From Eledone cirrhosa (lineage: Eukaryota), in NCBI GenBank assembly GCA_964016885.1, contig OZ024746.1, forward strand, positions 28,954,001-29,018,000: a DNA stretch of 64,000 nucleotides, written 5' to 3'. A program made the position numbers and the translations under genes. The notes below the pieces were generated by a model. The model did not search any database, had not been told where the DNA came from, and saw nothing but the letters and a program-made list of their open reading frames with translations. Shown one piece after another: positions 29,184 through 43,043 of the stretch (the stretch's first letter is position 1; every line of letters starts with the position of its first letter).

Positions 29184-29260
29184 CAGGCCGATCAGTCACT
29201 GTGTATTTTTGAAAATAGCATATATTTTCACTAGCACTGAGAGTTTGGCAGGTGAACAGT

Positions 29261-29310
29261 GAGCTGTACTGATGAAGGGTGAAACCCAGAAATATTAGTG
29301 TCTGCAGTTC
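29261..29310 (+). ncRNA. Type I hammerhead (family G)
   Basis: GAGCTGTA-CTGATGA-aGGGT gaa ACCCa-GAAA-TATTAGTG-TC|TGCAGTTC. 8-bp stem I with G-U pairs; GUC cleavage after 29302. Confidence 0.85.
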
Positions 29311-29503
29311 TGTTCGCATGCCAACATAAGAGCAAGAAAGAAGTGCTGGCTATGAAGTGACATGGCTATAAAATTGAGGCTTGTTTGCAGAATTGCAAAC
29401 GAATCCAATGTTATTATTAATATTCGAAAAACTCAGATTACATTTATTGTATTCAGCCATGTAGAGCGAAATTTTCTTTTATATATATGAAAACAAGGAA
29501 AAG

Positions 29504-30332
29504 AATGACTTCACTTGTAGTTCTAAACACATTGATTTAATTTTGTAATATTATAACATTATGAGTTGGTAGATCTATTAAGTTCTTTGTTAATTTCGGT
29601 GGGAGGATTTTTAAAGATTCCTGGTTAACTTTCCTGGAGAACTTTCCCACATTCGTCGATCGCGAGAAAGTTCTCCAGGAAAGTTCACCAGGAATCTTTA
29701 AAAATCCCACCGAAGTTAACAAAGAACTTACTAGATCTACCAACCCATAATGTTATCTATATATATAAAGCTGTGGTTGTCTGTCTGTCTATCGATTTTT
29801 GGCACGCATCTCCTCTTAGAATCTCTGACGAAATTGCACCGAAATTGCTATACTTGTACATTGAGCCCTAGCGAAGACATCGGAAAAAAAATATTTCAAA
29901 TTGACCCACCCTATGTGACGAAATCGAATCTAATGTATCGATTTTTGAGCGTAAGTGACGAGTTATTTCCCTTTGTTCTGTTTACATTGAGCGTCTTACG
30001 TTGTTTTTCTCTGCGTTGCAGTGTTTACATTTTCGATCTTTGTTAATAAATAACCAGTGCAGTTTTTATCCCCAGCATCCACTTTTGTTATAACATTCGG
30101 GTTATCGTTATGTTTTCTTAACTTCATAAGGCATATTGTTGGTTGAGGGAATATTAATCAAAAACACCACATCCAAGTCTGCACAGTAGACACTACAGTT
30201 TTTAAGCCAAAAAAGAAACTTAACATTGTAACTTTAATACAGCTACTGAGCGACCCCGAGCAACGCCGGGCTTTACTGCTAGTAATATTATAAAATTAAA
30301 TCAATTTGTTTAGAACTACAAGTGAAGTCATT
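29504..30332. repeat. Diverged long inverted repeat split by a Helitron
   Basis: Left arm 29504-29646; right arm 29666-29755 plus 30283-30332. Confidence 0.85.
29756..30282 (+). mobile_element. Non-autonomous Helitron (527 bp)
   Basis: 5' TC, (CTGT)n near the 5' end, subterminal CCCG..CGGG hairpin at 30255-30270, 3' CTAG, inserted at A|T without TSD. Removing it restores the host palindrome arm. Confidence 0.85.
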
Positions 30333-30385
30333 TTTTTTTTTTTTCAAATATGCCTAACTGTTCCAAGGATCTCACACATTTTCCA

Positions 30386-30475
<90 letters not shown>

Positions 30476-30495
30476 ATATATATATATATATATAT

Positions 30496-30752
30496 CCAGG
30501 GGTGTAACTAGGAGTTACTGCAGGTTCACTCGGAAGAGCACTCGATGTTTAGGTTCACTTCTGTGATGAGGTGTAGAGCTATACAGAGTGTAATATATAG
30601 AAAGGATAAAAAGGACGATTGATTATTCCTTCATTGCATTTATTGATAGGTGACGCGCGTTTCGCCACTGATCAGCTCAAGGTTCGATCAAGCTCGGCGA
30701 AACGCGCGTCACCTATCAATAAATGTAATGAAGGAATAATCAATCGTCCTTT
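30496..30752 (+). mobile_element. Fold-back element with hammerhead 3' half (GAAAC-GCGC-GTC)
   Basis: Arms 30610-30666/30696-30752; GAAACGCGCGTC at 30699-30710; ~110-bp tail with AGCACTC; (TA)n flanks. Confidence 0.75.
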
Positions 30753-31878
30753 ATATATATATATATATATATATGAAAAGGAAATAATTGCAGAGTATAT
30801 GTTTCTTATACATGCCATGTCGTGGCCACTTAACTCTTCATGGAATCGTAGAGACGTCATCATGATAGATGTCGCGTATTGAACATAAACCTCACAGAGC
30901 CTATACCCCTCAATGGTCTGAATATAGGTGATTTCTTCCAGAAAAGAAGAGAGGGAGAGGGGGAGATAGTGAGAAAGTAAGATTATATAGAGGAATATTT
31001 AACCGCTGTATTGGACTGGTAGTTTATTTATCGACCTCGAAAAGGAGATGAAGGATAAAGTTGACTTCGGCGGGATTTGAAATCAGAGAACAGAGATCCG
31101 AAACGTACCATGCAGTAATTTAACAAATGTTAACTAATCTACCAATTGGCCGCAAATGAGGAATATAAAACATAAATAACTTTGGAACCTTTATAAGTAG
31201 GATTAAATACTGGGCACCGGTCTCTTTTGATTCACTGAGAAAATACGACTGGTACATCTCTTCGCATTTTTTTGTCTTCGTCGTCACCTGGTTAGTTTTC
31301 AATTCATTTATTTTTATCGAAGCATAGCTATTGAATATTATGGTATGTATGATTATTCAATAGCAATGTGTAATCATAGAATCTATATCAGTCTTGTAAT
31401 TAAATAACAGCGGGTATTTCTCTAAAAGACACTTTCTCAAATAGTTTTCACACATCTCTACCAATTCATTTTCCTCTTGGCCTTTCTTTCCTATCTTCGT
31501 CAACATGCTTTTAATGATTTGCACCTGGTCGTCGTGCTGTTTCACCATTTTTAGAAATATACGTGAAAGGAAATTAAAAAGGAAGAAGATAATTAAATAA
31601 GTAAAATTACGAACAATAACAATAAATAAGTTTAAGAAATTAGAAAAGATAAAAGTGAAGAGCCATGCGTTGGTTTGTTTTGGTTAATCCGTTGTTATTT
31701 CACTGGTGAAATACGTATACCGCAATCAATAGGTCATTGTGTGGAGATTTCGGAAAGATAAATAAGACTTGAGAGACGTTTATTGAATTAAGAATATTAT
31801 TGGACTTATGTATGTATGTATATGTGAGTGTGTGTGCGCGCGCGTGTGTGTGTGTATGCATACAAATATATATGTATG

Positions 31879-31910
<32 letters not shown>

Positions 31911-31952
31911 CATACATACATATATATATATACGTATATATTTATATATGTA

Positions 31953-31996
<44 letters not shown>

Positions 31997-32011
31997 GATA
32001 TATATACATAC

Positions 32012-32170
<159 letters not shown>

Positions 32171-32175
32171 CATAC

Positions 32176-32290
<115 letters not shown>

Positions 32291-32307
32291 CATACATATA
32301 TATATAT

Positions 32308-32406
<99 letters not shown>

Positions 32407-32549
32407 TGTGTGGGGGCGCGTGTGTTAGATAAAACAGTGGTCGAAGTATGTTTGCAAAAGGAAATTTCTCTGTTGTATGGCAATGTGTGGTTACCTACAT
32501 AGATACATACACGCATATACACACACACACACACATCGATTACATTTAT

Positions 32550-32670
<121 letters not shown>

Positions 32671-33801
32671 GGGCCAGCTCTGTGTGTGTGTATGAATATA
32701 TGGACACTGAACCTCTGATGGCGTCGCTAAGATAACATAAGTTGTGTTTTCTTCATTTTATATAGGGAGAGCTAATCTCTTTCCGCGCCTGAACACAAAC
32801 GATTTCTGTGTGAGAAAAAGAAAGAATCGACCCCTTCATTTATCGATTCCTGACATTTTAAATTCTCAGAGTACAGAGAGTCAAAATGTCTACAATAAAA
32901 TCTATCCGATTATTTTTTTTATTCTGTGTGCGTTGGTCATCAGTCGGTTCCGACAATATGTGTCGAAGTTGTTCAAACTGCCCATCCTTAAACTTTATGG
33001 GCAAGTGACTGAGTATTCCAGAGACACGTGCTCCTTTAATTTAATTTTGAAATAAATTCAATGTGACTGGATTGAATCACATGTAACTGGAGCATCTTCC
33101 AAGAAAATGATTTGTCTTGCCCAGGAATCGAACTCGCGATATTAAGATCATGTGCGGAACGCCTTAACTACTAAGCCATTTAGACATCTCACATAAAATA
33201 CGAATTCAGATTATAAGAGACACATCACCAGTGAGAGCTGTCACATATATCATATTTAACTTTGGTAAACATAAAGTTTTAAAATAAACTTTAGACAAAT
33301 CGATTTTTTCTTTTTCTAATTTCTTGTCTTAAAATACGAATCTATACAAAATATATTTAATTATTCATTAAGAAAGTGATTAAACATGACTAGATGCACC
33401 TTTAATCATCTTCACAGATTACAAGTAACCATCAGAATTTCATAGTCATTGTATTTTCATCGATAGTAAGAGAGCAGACTTAAATAATAGATGTGTCTTC
33501 AAGTGATCATATAGGATGGCGGTTGTTTCCTCTATATTTACTGTCATCCAAATAGTATCATGTATTCATGTATTGCTGAAATGTGAAGTGTGGACAGGTG
33601 TGTGTATTTACTTCGAAAAATGTGTGCGTAAGTGTGTCTGTTAGTGTGTAGACCTGCTTGCATGCATATGTGTCTCAGTATGTGTATGTGTGCTAATGCG
33701 CAAGCTTACATGTTGAAGAATGAAATGTTTATGTCAAAGACATACATATATGCACAAGCTCTTTTTCGTTTGTCTCTCACACAGACATTCGTTTAAACAC
33801 A

Positions 33802-33880
<79 letters not shown>

Positions 33881-33925
33881 GTACATATATATATATATAT
33901 ATATATGACTGTGTGTGTGTGTGTG

Positions 33926-34316
33926 TGGTTGGCAGCTAAGAGAAAAGACTACTCAATAACGAAATAGAGTTTCAATACTTATTTTAAGGCTAAATACTGA
34001 GTCTTGTTACTTTAGAGTTTGTCCTGTCTATCCTCAGACGGGCTGCTGTCATTCGGACTCTACGGAGGAGGTCCAAGGCCCGAGAACTGGTGAGGTCTCG
34101 ACAGCGAACGGTGCAAAGAGGAAGTAAATTGACAAGCCCCGGTATTTGTTTATCTTCCTGTCCTCTGCATTGTGGGCCGCGGTACTGGGGTTTGTGGTTG
34201 AAACGACTAGGTTGGGGAGTGGATAACGTCTCGGAACATGTCATGTCCCAAAGTGTTGTTTATATTCTTTTCAATAGACTGCCAAGGAGCACCAGAAAAC
34301 TAGCAAAATCGTCAAC
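33926..34316. mobile_element. Possible solo LTR or other GC-richer repeat
   Basis: ~390-bp complex segment starting TG and ending TCAACA. No clear TSD. Confidence 0.2.
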
Positions 34317-35390
34317 ACCGAGTCTAGTTACTGCTACTAAATTTTATAGTTAATCTAACGTTAAATACTCAATGAATGTAAGGGCCGTAATTACCTATGT
34401 ATGCAAATAATTATTGTGTGTGTACATATAGGCTTATATTCATATATAGGCCTATACTATTATAAATACGTACATGTATGTATATATAGATATATACAAA
34501 CGCATAATCGCCCAGTTTAAACATACATTAATTAATAATAATTTTATTTATGTTTTTATAGAGAAAAAATATTTGCAACCATAATGAATAGTGTCATTTT
34601 CACTACCTCCATCCCCACCAACACTGTTTTCTTTACTATCATCCCCACTATCACTATTTCCATTACCAACATGCTCACCCTCGGCACCAACAGAATGTTC
34701 ACCATCACCACCATCCCAACCACCATTTCACCACCACCACCATCTCACCACCACCATCATCTCACCAAAACCACCATCCCACCACCACCATCCCAACCCC
34801 ACCGGCATCTCACCACCACCACCATCTCACCAAAACCACCATCCCACCATCACCGCCATTCTCATCCCCCACCGCCATTATCACCAACATCCCCACTATC
34901 ACCGTTAATATCACCATCATCATCACCACTGTCGACATTATCATCATCACCATCATCAATATTATCATCAACATCATCACCATCATTCCAAACATCACCT
35001 CCATCACTATCAGCAACCCACTCCACCCCACCCCACCAGCATCCTCCACCATTACCCCATCAACACCGCCACCACCACCATCACCAACATTACCAACATT
35101 ACCCGCCTCACTAACATCATTATCATAACTATGCTCCCCCCCCCCACACACACAGCGACACGCATTATCAAGCCTCATTATCATCATCATCATCATGAAC
35201 ACCACCAACACTATTTCATATTAGCCTCATTAATACCAATATCCTAATCAGCCATTCAAATAACGCCATTAACGAATTAATATAGAAATAGTTTAACGTT
35301 ATTTTGTCAATAGAGTGAAACCGCCTTTTTAAGAAATTGATAGAAATAAACAATAAAAATAAATTAAAACACCCACACATCCACACACAC

Positions 35391-35538
<148 letters not shown>

Positions 35539-35543
35539 TCACC

Positions 35544-35587
<44 letters not shown>

Positions 35588-36470
35588 TGTGTGTGTGTGT
35601 GTATATATATACATATATACATACACACACACACACCATATATATATATATATATATATATTAATGAAGACTAATTTGATATGTTATTTTGTTATTTTAT
35701 AATTTCATTTTTTATTTTCATTTATCACTTTAGTTTTTTTTTTAGTTTTGCTTTTGTTTTATATAATGAACATTTTTTCACGAAACATTAATTATCTGTG
35801 ATTCCTCTTAGACTACGATAGCGCTTTTAGTGTTCACCTCGTATTAAGATTTTTACCAGTAGCTGTTATATATTTCTAAAGAAAAATTCTTGAGATTACT
35901 TTATTTCATTCTTCTCTCCTTAAGCCTCCATCTCCTCTTCCGCCTCCACCTCCAACTCCTCATTCTCCTACGTCTTCTACTCCCCCTATAATATAATTCT
36001 TAATAATGCATAGCTGGCACATTTTAATGGATGACTTTCTGACAACACTGCATTTGAAAACACCGCTACATATATCAGAACAATGAAGTTCTAATAGGAT
36101 TTTGATGTATGTTAAGATTGATGATTTTAAATTGCATTCTAACAAAAAGGAAACCACAAAAAATAGAAATAAATAATAATAATAATAATAATAAATAAAT
36201 AAATAATTTGACTTATAAATATGCATATAAAAATTCAAAAAATAGGAAGTACGCGCAGATACAAACACTGACGTATACACTTACACATATATAAAACAAC
36301 ATACACATATATTGACATACATACACTCACACACATCTCGACGGGGTATAAAGATCTGTTTAAATGTTTCTATGTATACACACAGACACACAGACACACA
36401 CACACACATATTATTATATGTATGTATATTATGTATATATATTATATATACACATATATATATATATGCG

Positions 36471-36529
<59 letters not shown>

Positions 36530-36931
36530 ATGTGTGTGCATGTATGTATATATATATATATATGTGTGTGTATGTATATATGTATGTATATGGTCTCATA
36601 TGAATAACAAAATATGTCTTTACATAATACTCCGAGCTAAGATAAGATTAGAGAATCTAAGCGAAAAACAAAAACAAATACTACATAGAACCAAAATAGA
36701 TTAAAATAAAATAAATATAAATAATACAGTGAGAAAAAACTAGTAAAATTTTCTGAAAGATTACAAGTAAAACGTTGAAAAACAAGAGAATACGTTAAAT
36801 ATCATTTTGAATCTAACAAAAGATCGAGCTCGAAAATTATTAACATTTATCTGCTCTTTGTTGCCTTGTTTATTTTACTAGCAACAGATGGTAAATATGT
36901 CATCTTTTCTCTTACTTTCTTTCTCTCCCCA

Positions 36932-36972
<41 letters not shown>

Positions 36973-37142
36973 CGTATGTCTGTCTATCTACTTACCTACC
37001 TACCTATCTATCTACATCCCAACTTCCCTATCTATCTACCTATCCGTCATTCTTTCTCTCTATCTATATACCTGTATCTATCTATCTATCTATCTATATA
37101 TATAAAATAAAGTTAAATGAAAAGTCAAATGTTTAAAATTTA

Positions 37143-37194
37143 GCTATATATATTTCAGTGACAGCCATCTTTGGCTGTGACCGCTTCAGGCAGT
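37143..37194 (-). ncRNA. Degenerate family D hammerhead
   Basis: Minus strand: ACTGC-CTGAAGC-GGTCACAGCCA..TGGCTGTCACT-GAAA-TATATA-TA|GC. Confidence 0.6.
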
Positions 37195-37292
37195 TTGAAT
37201 TAGTGTGGTATAGACAAGTACATATGTTGTTGAGGTGTATAATTTTGTCAATACCCAGTTCCTGGTTGAGTTGTTATATATATATATATATG

Positions 37293-37703
37293 TAGGAGGT
37301 GAGTTTTATTGTAGTACAATAAAGCAATGCAGATATCGGATAAGAAGCACTCTACAGTTTGTAGCACTGGAGTATACATAATATATAAGATCAAAAGATG
37401 GTTAAATGAGTTCCATGTATTTTATTATGCGCATTTCAAAAACAAATATCATCATGCAATAACATTTGTGTTTTCATCAGATAAAATAGGAGGATATGAT
37501 ATGAAGGTTAAAAAACACTTGTCGATAGTGCAGTTTTAAATCAACATATGTTGATTTAAAACTGCACTATCGACAAGTGTTTTTTAACCTTCATATCATA
37601 TCCTCCTATTTTATCTGATGAAAACACAAATGTTATTGCATGATGATATTTGTTTTTGAAATGCGCATAATAAAATACATGGAACTCATTTAACCATCTT
37701 TTG

Positions 37704-37708
<5 letters not shown>
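37293..37708 (+). mobile_element. Family E fold-back element: loopless 322-bp palindrome + tail
   Basis: Palindrome 37387-37708 centred on CATATG (37547/37548); tail with AGCACTC; (TA)n flanks. A partial copy lies at 46350-46487. Confidence 0.88.
37607..37677 (+). ncRNA. Type I hammerhead (family E); mirror copy on minus strand at 37418-37488
   Basis: TATTTTAT-CTGATGA-AAACACAAAT...ATTTGTTTTT-GAAA-TGCGCA-TA|ATAAAATA. 8-bp stem I, palindromic stem III. Confidence 0.82.
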
Positions 37709-37771
<63 letters not shown>

Positions 37772-38010
37772 TTTTGCGAGGTTTTTTATATGAAATCGTG
37801 TGTCGAAACAAATATTGTTATACTTGGAGAGGGTCATATTTGTGTAATATTGCCAGAATTAATAACAGAACACACTCACTGTTTGGTTGGTTTTCGCTTC
37901 TGTGTCTTTTATATCGGTTAATTTAATTTATTCGGTCCTCAATATTGCCATTGACTGACCAAGGGTCAAAAATACAGATACAATATAGACACAAACACAT
38001 ATATATACTC

Positions 38011-38054
38011 TATCAAAGTTCTTTCGTTGCACATCTGCAACATCGTCAGTGGTG
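38011..38054 (-). ncRNA. Degenerate family C hammerhead
   Basis: Minus strand: CACCA-CTGACGA-tGTTGCA gatg TGCAAC-GAAA-GAAC-TT|TGATA. Stem I is weak. Confidence 0.5.
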
Positions 38055-38108
38055 CTATTGTTTCCTCCCGTTGCATTGTATTTTCTACACCATCTTTATT
38101 TAGTCTAA

Positions 38109-38620
38109 ATATGTATACAGACGTACAGTAGTATGTATATATATACATACGTGCACACACATATATATATATGTACGTTTGGATTTACCGAACATTTATT
38201 ATAATGCTCAGTTTGTTTGTAAACAAACATCCCGAATTTTTCCGTTTATCGTTTTCGGTGCGCCCGGGCGATTAACTCACTCGATATGCAAATTAGGCTG
38301 CTCAGCCGTTAATATGCATAAAGAAAGTATATACTTTCAGACGTTCAATCATCTGGCAGGGAGGAATACGGTGCTGACGATAGCTAATAAGCTTGAAACT
38401 AGTACATCGTTCCTTTGTCAGTGTTGATCAAAAGGGCAACGATGGTTGCTAAACACTGTACGGCTTAATTCGAGATGTTTGTTTACAAACAAACCGAGCA
38501 TTATAATAAATGTTCCGTAAATCCATACGTACATATATATATATATGTGTGCATGTATGTATTTATATACATACTGCTGTACGTCTGTATACATATATGT
38601 ATGTACGTATACATACTTAT
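38109..38620 (+). mobile_element. Diverged single copy of the family F retrozyme-like monomer with an inverted 5' arm
   Basis: Octamer block and HHR are conserved with the 21-kb array. Arms about 38109-38237/38468-38597. Confidence 0.82.
38368..38410 (+). ncRNA. Type I hammerhead (family F variant)
   Basis: ACGGTG-CTGACGA-tAGCT aata AGCTt-GAAA-CTAG-TA|CATCGT. It differs from the array only at N7 and loop II. Confidence 0.88.
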
Positions 38621-38784
38621 ATATATATATATATATAAAGATTTACATATACATAAAGTCATAAATTTCTTCATAGGAGCTTTTATTCTTATAGCCTGGT
38701 CTAATTGATTTTTTATATTGTTAATTATGCTAATTGGGAGAGGAAATGGTATATATTTTATCTAATAATTCTAAGGACATGATT

Positions 38785-38842
<58 letters not shown>

Positions 38843-38907
38843 CTTAGAGTTTAGACTCAGAGAGGTCATTTACAATCATTTCAGCTCTAGGAATCGCTTC
38901 TGAGCAG

Positions 38908-39355
38908 TATAAATTAATATTTGATGAACATTTACATGTTATAGTTGCAATTGACTAATAAGATCGCTAGAGTGAAAAATCTTAATTCAACAACATAAGG
39001 TCTGCCTGTACGATCTAGAAAATAATAAATCAATACTCACAGACTCATATGGGCAAAAAGCCTTGGTACCTAGACACGTTTAAAATTCAAAATACAAACT
39101 TTTTCCGCAGATCGGTCAGAACTTCAAACTTCAAACATGTTTCACAAAGGATGGTATAATAGTAAAATAATTAACTAATTAGCAGTGAGTTAATCAACTT
39201 TTTCTGTGTTTATCAATAGGTACCCAGATAAAAATAAAATAACTCAACCTCAGAAAAATATCTAAGGTCTGGTTAGCGTAGATTTTTCACTCTAGCGATC
39301 TTATTAGTCAATTGCAACTATAACATGTAAATGTTCATCAAATATTAATTTATAT
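38908..39355. repeat. Inverted repeat (~76-bp arms, ~300-bp spacer) between (TA)n tracts
   Basis: 38908-38983 is the reverse complement of 39280-39355, with an unpaired tail on the left. Confidence 0.8.
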
Positions 39356-39609
39356 ATATATATATATTTCTTTAAGTCGTTTGAAAGTCTCGACAATGCA
39401 AATGGGTAAATCTCCAGGTAAGATCCGGTGGTGGAGAGAGAGATGTAAGTGGGTGTACGTTGAGATGTGTGGCGTGTATAAGACTTGTAGAGGAATGAAG
39501 GATCTTGTTACCCGGAGATTTACCCATTTGCATTGTCGAGGCTTCCAAACGACTTTAAAAAATTTACCTTATTATTCCACAATGCTTCAAGCAAACTTCA
39601 ATACTCTCT

Positions 39610-39735
<126 letters not shown>

Positions 39736-39764
39736 AAAGAATAGAGGTGTAACACACAAGTTAT

Positions 39765-40023
39765 TATATATTGGTAAACGGAATAGAAAATGCTGACAAA
39801 TTGTTCACAGTTAAAAAATGGTTTAATTAGGAATAAAAGAGTATTAGTGATTGTATGGGTTAGTATTCAGTTGTGGTTTTAAGTTTTTAAGTTTTTACCG
39901 GTTGCGCATTTCTAAATGCTTTTCAAAAATAATACTAACCCATACAATCACTAATATTCTTTTATTCCTAATTAAACCATTTTTCAACTGTGAACAATTT
40001 GTCAGCATTTTCTATTCCGTTTA

Positions 40024-40033
<10 letters not shown>
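39765..40033. repeat. Inverted repeat (~103-bp arms) between (TA)n tracts
   Basis: 39765-39867/39931-40033, with a ~35-bp unpaired tail on the left. Confidence 0.85.
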
Positions 40034-40084
<51 letters not shown>

Positions 40085-42810
40085 TTACATATATACATAA
40101 ATACATGCATAAAATAAAGATGCATCTCCTCTACCAACATATTAACTACCTTCTTTAACTGAAGTAAGCCACCTCACGACCCCCTTCGGGAATCTACGTA
40201 TATATATATCGTGCCACCTGCACTCTCTCTCTCTCGCGCGCGCGCGCTCTCCCTCCCTCTCTCTCTCTCCCTCTATCTCTCTTCTCTCTGTGGAAATACA
40301 TACAATACATACACATACATATTAACACCAGCACATATGCGACCGATTCATTATTTTATATTTACATATATATATATATATATGTGTGTGTCTGTTTGTG
40401 TGTGTGTGTTTGTGTATGTGTGTGTTAGTCATATACACCTGTTTTTTGTAGAAATCCTTTAGTCATGACGTATGTCTTGTACATTTTTTTTAATACGGGT
40501 ATATTGTGTGTATGTCTGTATGTATATATGTATATATGTGTCTGTGTGTGTGTGAGTTTGTCTGTGTGAGTGTCTCTCTCTATATCTCTCTCTATGTATA
40601 TGTGCGTACCTCTATCTTTCTCTCTTTCTCTCTCTTTCTTTCTTTCTTTCTCTCTCACTCTCACTCTCTCTCTCTCTCTCTCAATCTCTCTCTCTGTTTG
40701 GACAAACATGCAAATTGTTGAGCTCCAAACATAGACCATAACTCCCACAGTGGCCTCGATCTAGTAAAACCACCAAGTTCAATGTTTGCTGTCATTAGCA
40801 ATTGATGTATGACTTAAAAGCTTTCACATGGCAATGTTTTTCAAGTACTACTACAGAAGCTTCCACACATTTTATGTCTTTATATGACAGGAAACTGCAT
40901 CAAAATAAATGATAAATAAAATAAAATAAAAGTAAATAAACTAAAATAGATAATAAACATTCTAAGAGACTGTGGAATATGCAAACAGTTTGCTATAATT
41001 TACATTGCTAATGCAGTTACTGAGGCTTTTACAAGTGAAATCTAACAAAAAAAATACATCGAGAATATATTTTTTCTTCTTCCTCTGCTCGTAGATGGTG
41101 CTTTTCTATATGTTTTCCTTTGAATCAATCGGTTTCGCTTAATCCTTTATTTTAAGTGTTGTTATACAATATTTAAATTAGGAGAAAGGTATATAGTAGT
41201 AAAGTTGAAAGTGGAGAGAGACATAGAGCGATGAGAGAGAGATTAGTTAGGGAAAGAGTGAGATAGAGTGAGAGAGTGAGAGAGTGAGAAGGTGAGATAG
41301 TTTGTGTGTGGGAGCTAGGGGGATATGAGGTGACAATAAGAATGATGGGGAGTGAATGAGAGAGAGGGTGAGGTGAGGAGAGAGAGTGAGATGGAGAAAG
41401 AAAGATAGGAAGAGAGACGAGGAGTGAATGAGAGAAATAGAAAAAATATATATATATATAACAGGAAAGAGAGATGGAGAGAGAGAGGGGGCGAAATGAA
41501 AGAGTGGGGGATAACGAGAGAGAGATAGAGAGAGAAATAGAGAGTGAGAGAGAGAGACAATACATCCTAAAGTTATTCTTCTTATCATTTGTCAAGGCAG
41601 TAAAACTATTTTCTTTCTATTGAGAAATGTCTGCTGGATAGATGTCATATGATGTCTTTGAACTGTAGATCTAGTTTCTGGGGGTTGAATAAAGGTGGTG
41701 TTAGTGGAGGTGTTGGTGGTGTTGATGGTAGTTATGGTGGTGTAGGTAGTGGTGGTGGTGATTGTGTTAGTGTTAGTATCAGCGTTGCTGCATATGACAG
41801 CACCTATATTATATTATCTTTGATACTAATTTTTGGCTACAATTCCTAGCAAAAGAAGACGATTTATAAAACCGGACAAATTACCACAAAATATTCTGTT
41901 CGAACTTTTAATAATACTACAATTTAGTTCTCCCTCGAATGTTGCTTTAGTTGTCGACGCCGAAAGGATGAACAGCAAAGTCGACATTGCCATAGCAGAA
42001 ATCAATTGTCCAAAGTACCTCGAAGGGGGGACAGGATCCGAAACCACGTGGCTGCAAAACGAATTTCTTCACCTCACAGCCTGTATTTGTCTCACTTGTT
42101 TTTGTGGGGTCCTTTTTTTCCATTATTGCTTCTTACAAGACAACAAGCATCGAAGCAGAAATATTTGTTTCAACGAAATAATTTTCTCGGAATTTGTCAC
42201 TGTTCCAAGTAAGGTTATGGATTTTTCCTCGTTACCGATACTTCAATTTCACCTATATTTACCTGTCTGATATTGCCGTGGCAAACACGTTCGCCTGCCA
42301 AAAGCAACTAAAATTAACTACTTACATTACTTTCCCTTTTTTTTCTATCATTGATCAATGGTAGTAAATCTTTGTCATTTTCTTCCTCATTCATTCACCT
42401 ATCTCTATCATCAAAGCTAGAGAAACACAGATACTATAAAACAATAAAATACAATCAAATAAAACGAAGATTGTTCTTCGCAGCAGAATACAATTGGAGC
42501 CAAATTTCTATATACTCTATGAGGGAAATTCTATGTAGTTGATCGACCTGCTGAAAAATGCAGCTAAATCTCCCTCAATTTACACTTAACAATCAGTCAA
42601 AAGAATGTAAAGAACACATGTGCAAACATTGTTCTCAATGCATATTTTCTCTACAATATAACATAAGAACCAAAAACGCACATGAAGACAACTTTTCAAT
42701 AAAATAAGAGTTAACACAAACATAGTCGTGCCTTTAATATAACATGTTTGAAGGAAAATCTTTTCTGTCCACATCTTCCTGCTTAGTTTTTTCCTGATAC
42801 CATATTTATA

Positions 42811-42881
<71 letters not shown>

Positions 42882-43043
42882 CAGAAGTTAGAAAATTGTC
42901 TTGATGTTTTGGACACTAATTCTTCATCATGGGAAAGTAGTCAGAGAGAAATATGAGGGAATGTGTTGGAAAAAGAGAAGGAGACAAACACACATGGGAA
43001 GAAAAATAAAGGACAATGAAGAAAAATAGATATTAAACATACA

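Larger units (their letters stand above)
28849..29480 (+). mobile_element. Family G retrozyme-like element: inverted partial copy + 440-bp monomer + 64-bp terminal direct repeat
   Basis: 28977-29040 is repeated at 29417-29480. 28849-28976 is a diverged reverse complement of about 29319-29448. TA flanks. Confidence 0.82.

Noticed and set aside
34584-35211. Pro/His/Ser-rich ORFs
   Set aside because: Degenerate (CAC/CAT)n low-complexity DNA, open in several frames.
41833-42270. 145-aa ORF
   Set aside because: Non-ATG start, contains an antisense SINE-core fragment, and has no recognisable domain.
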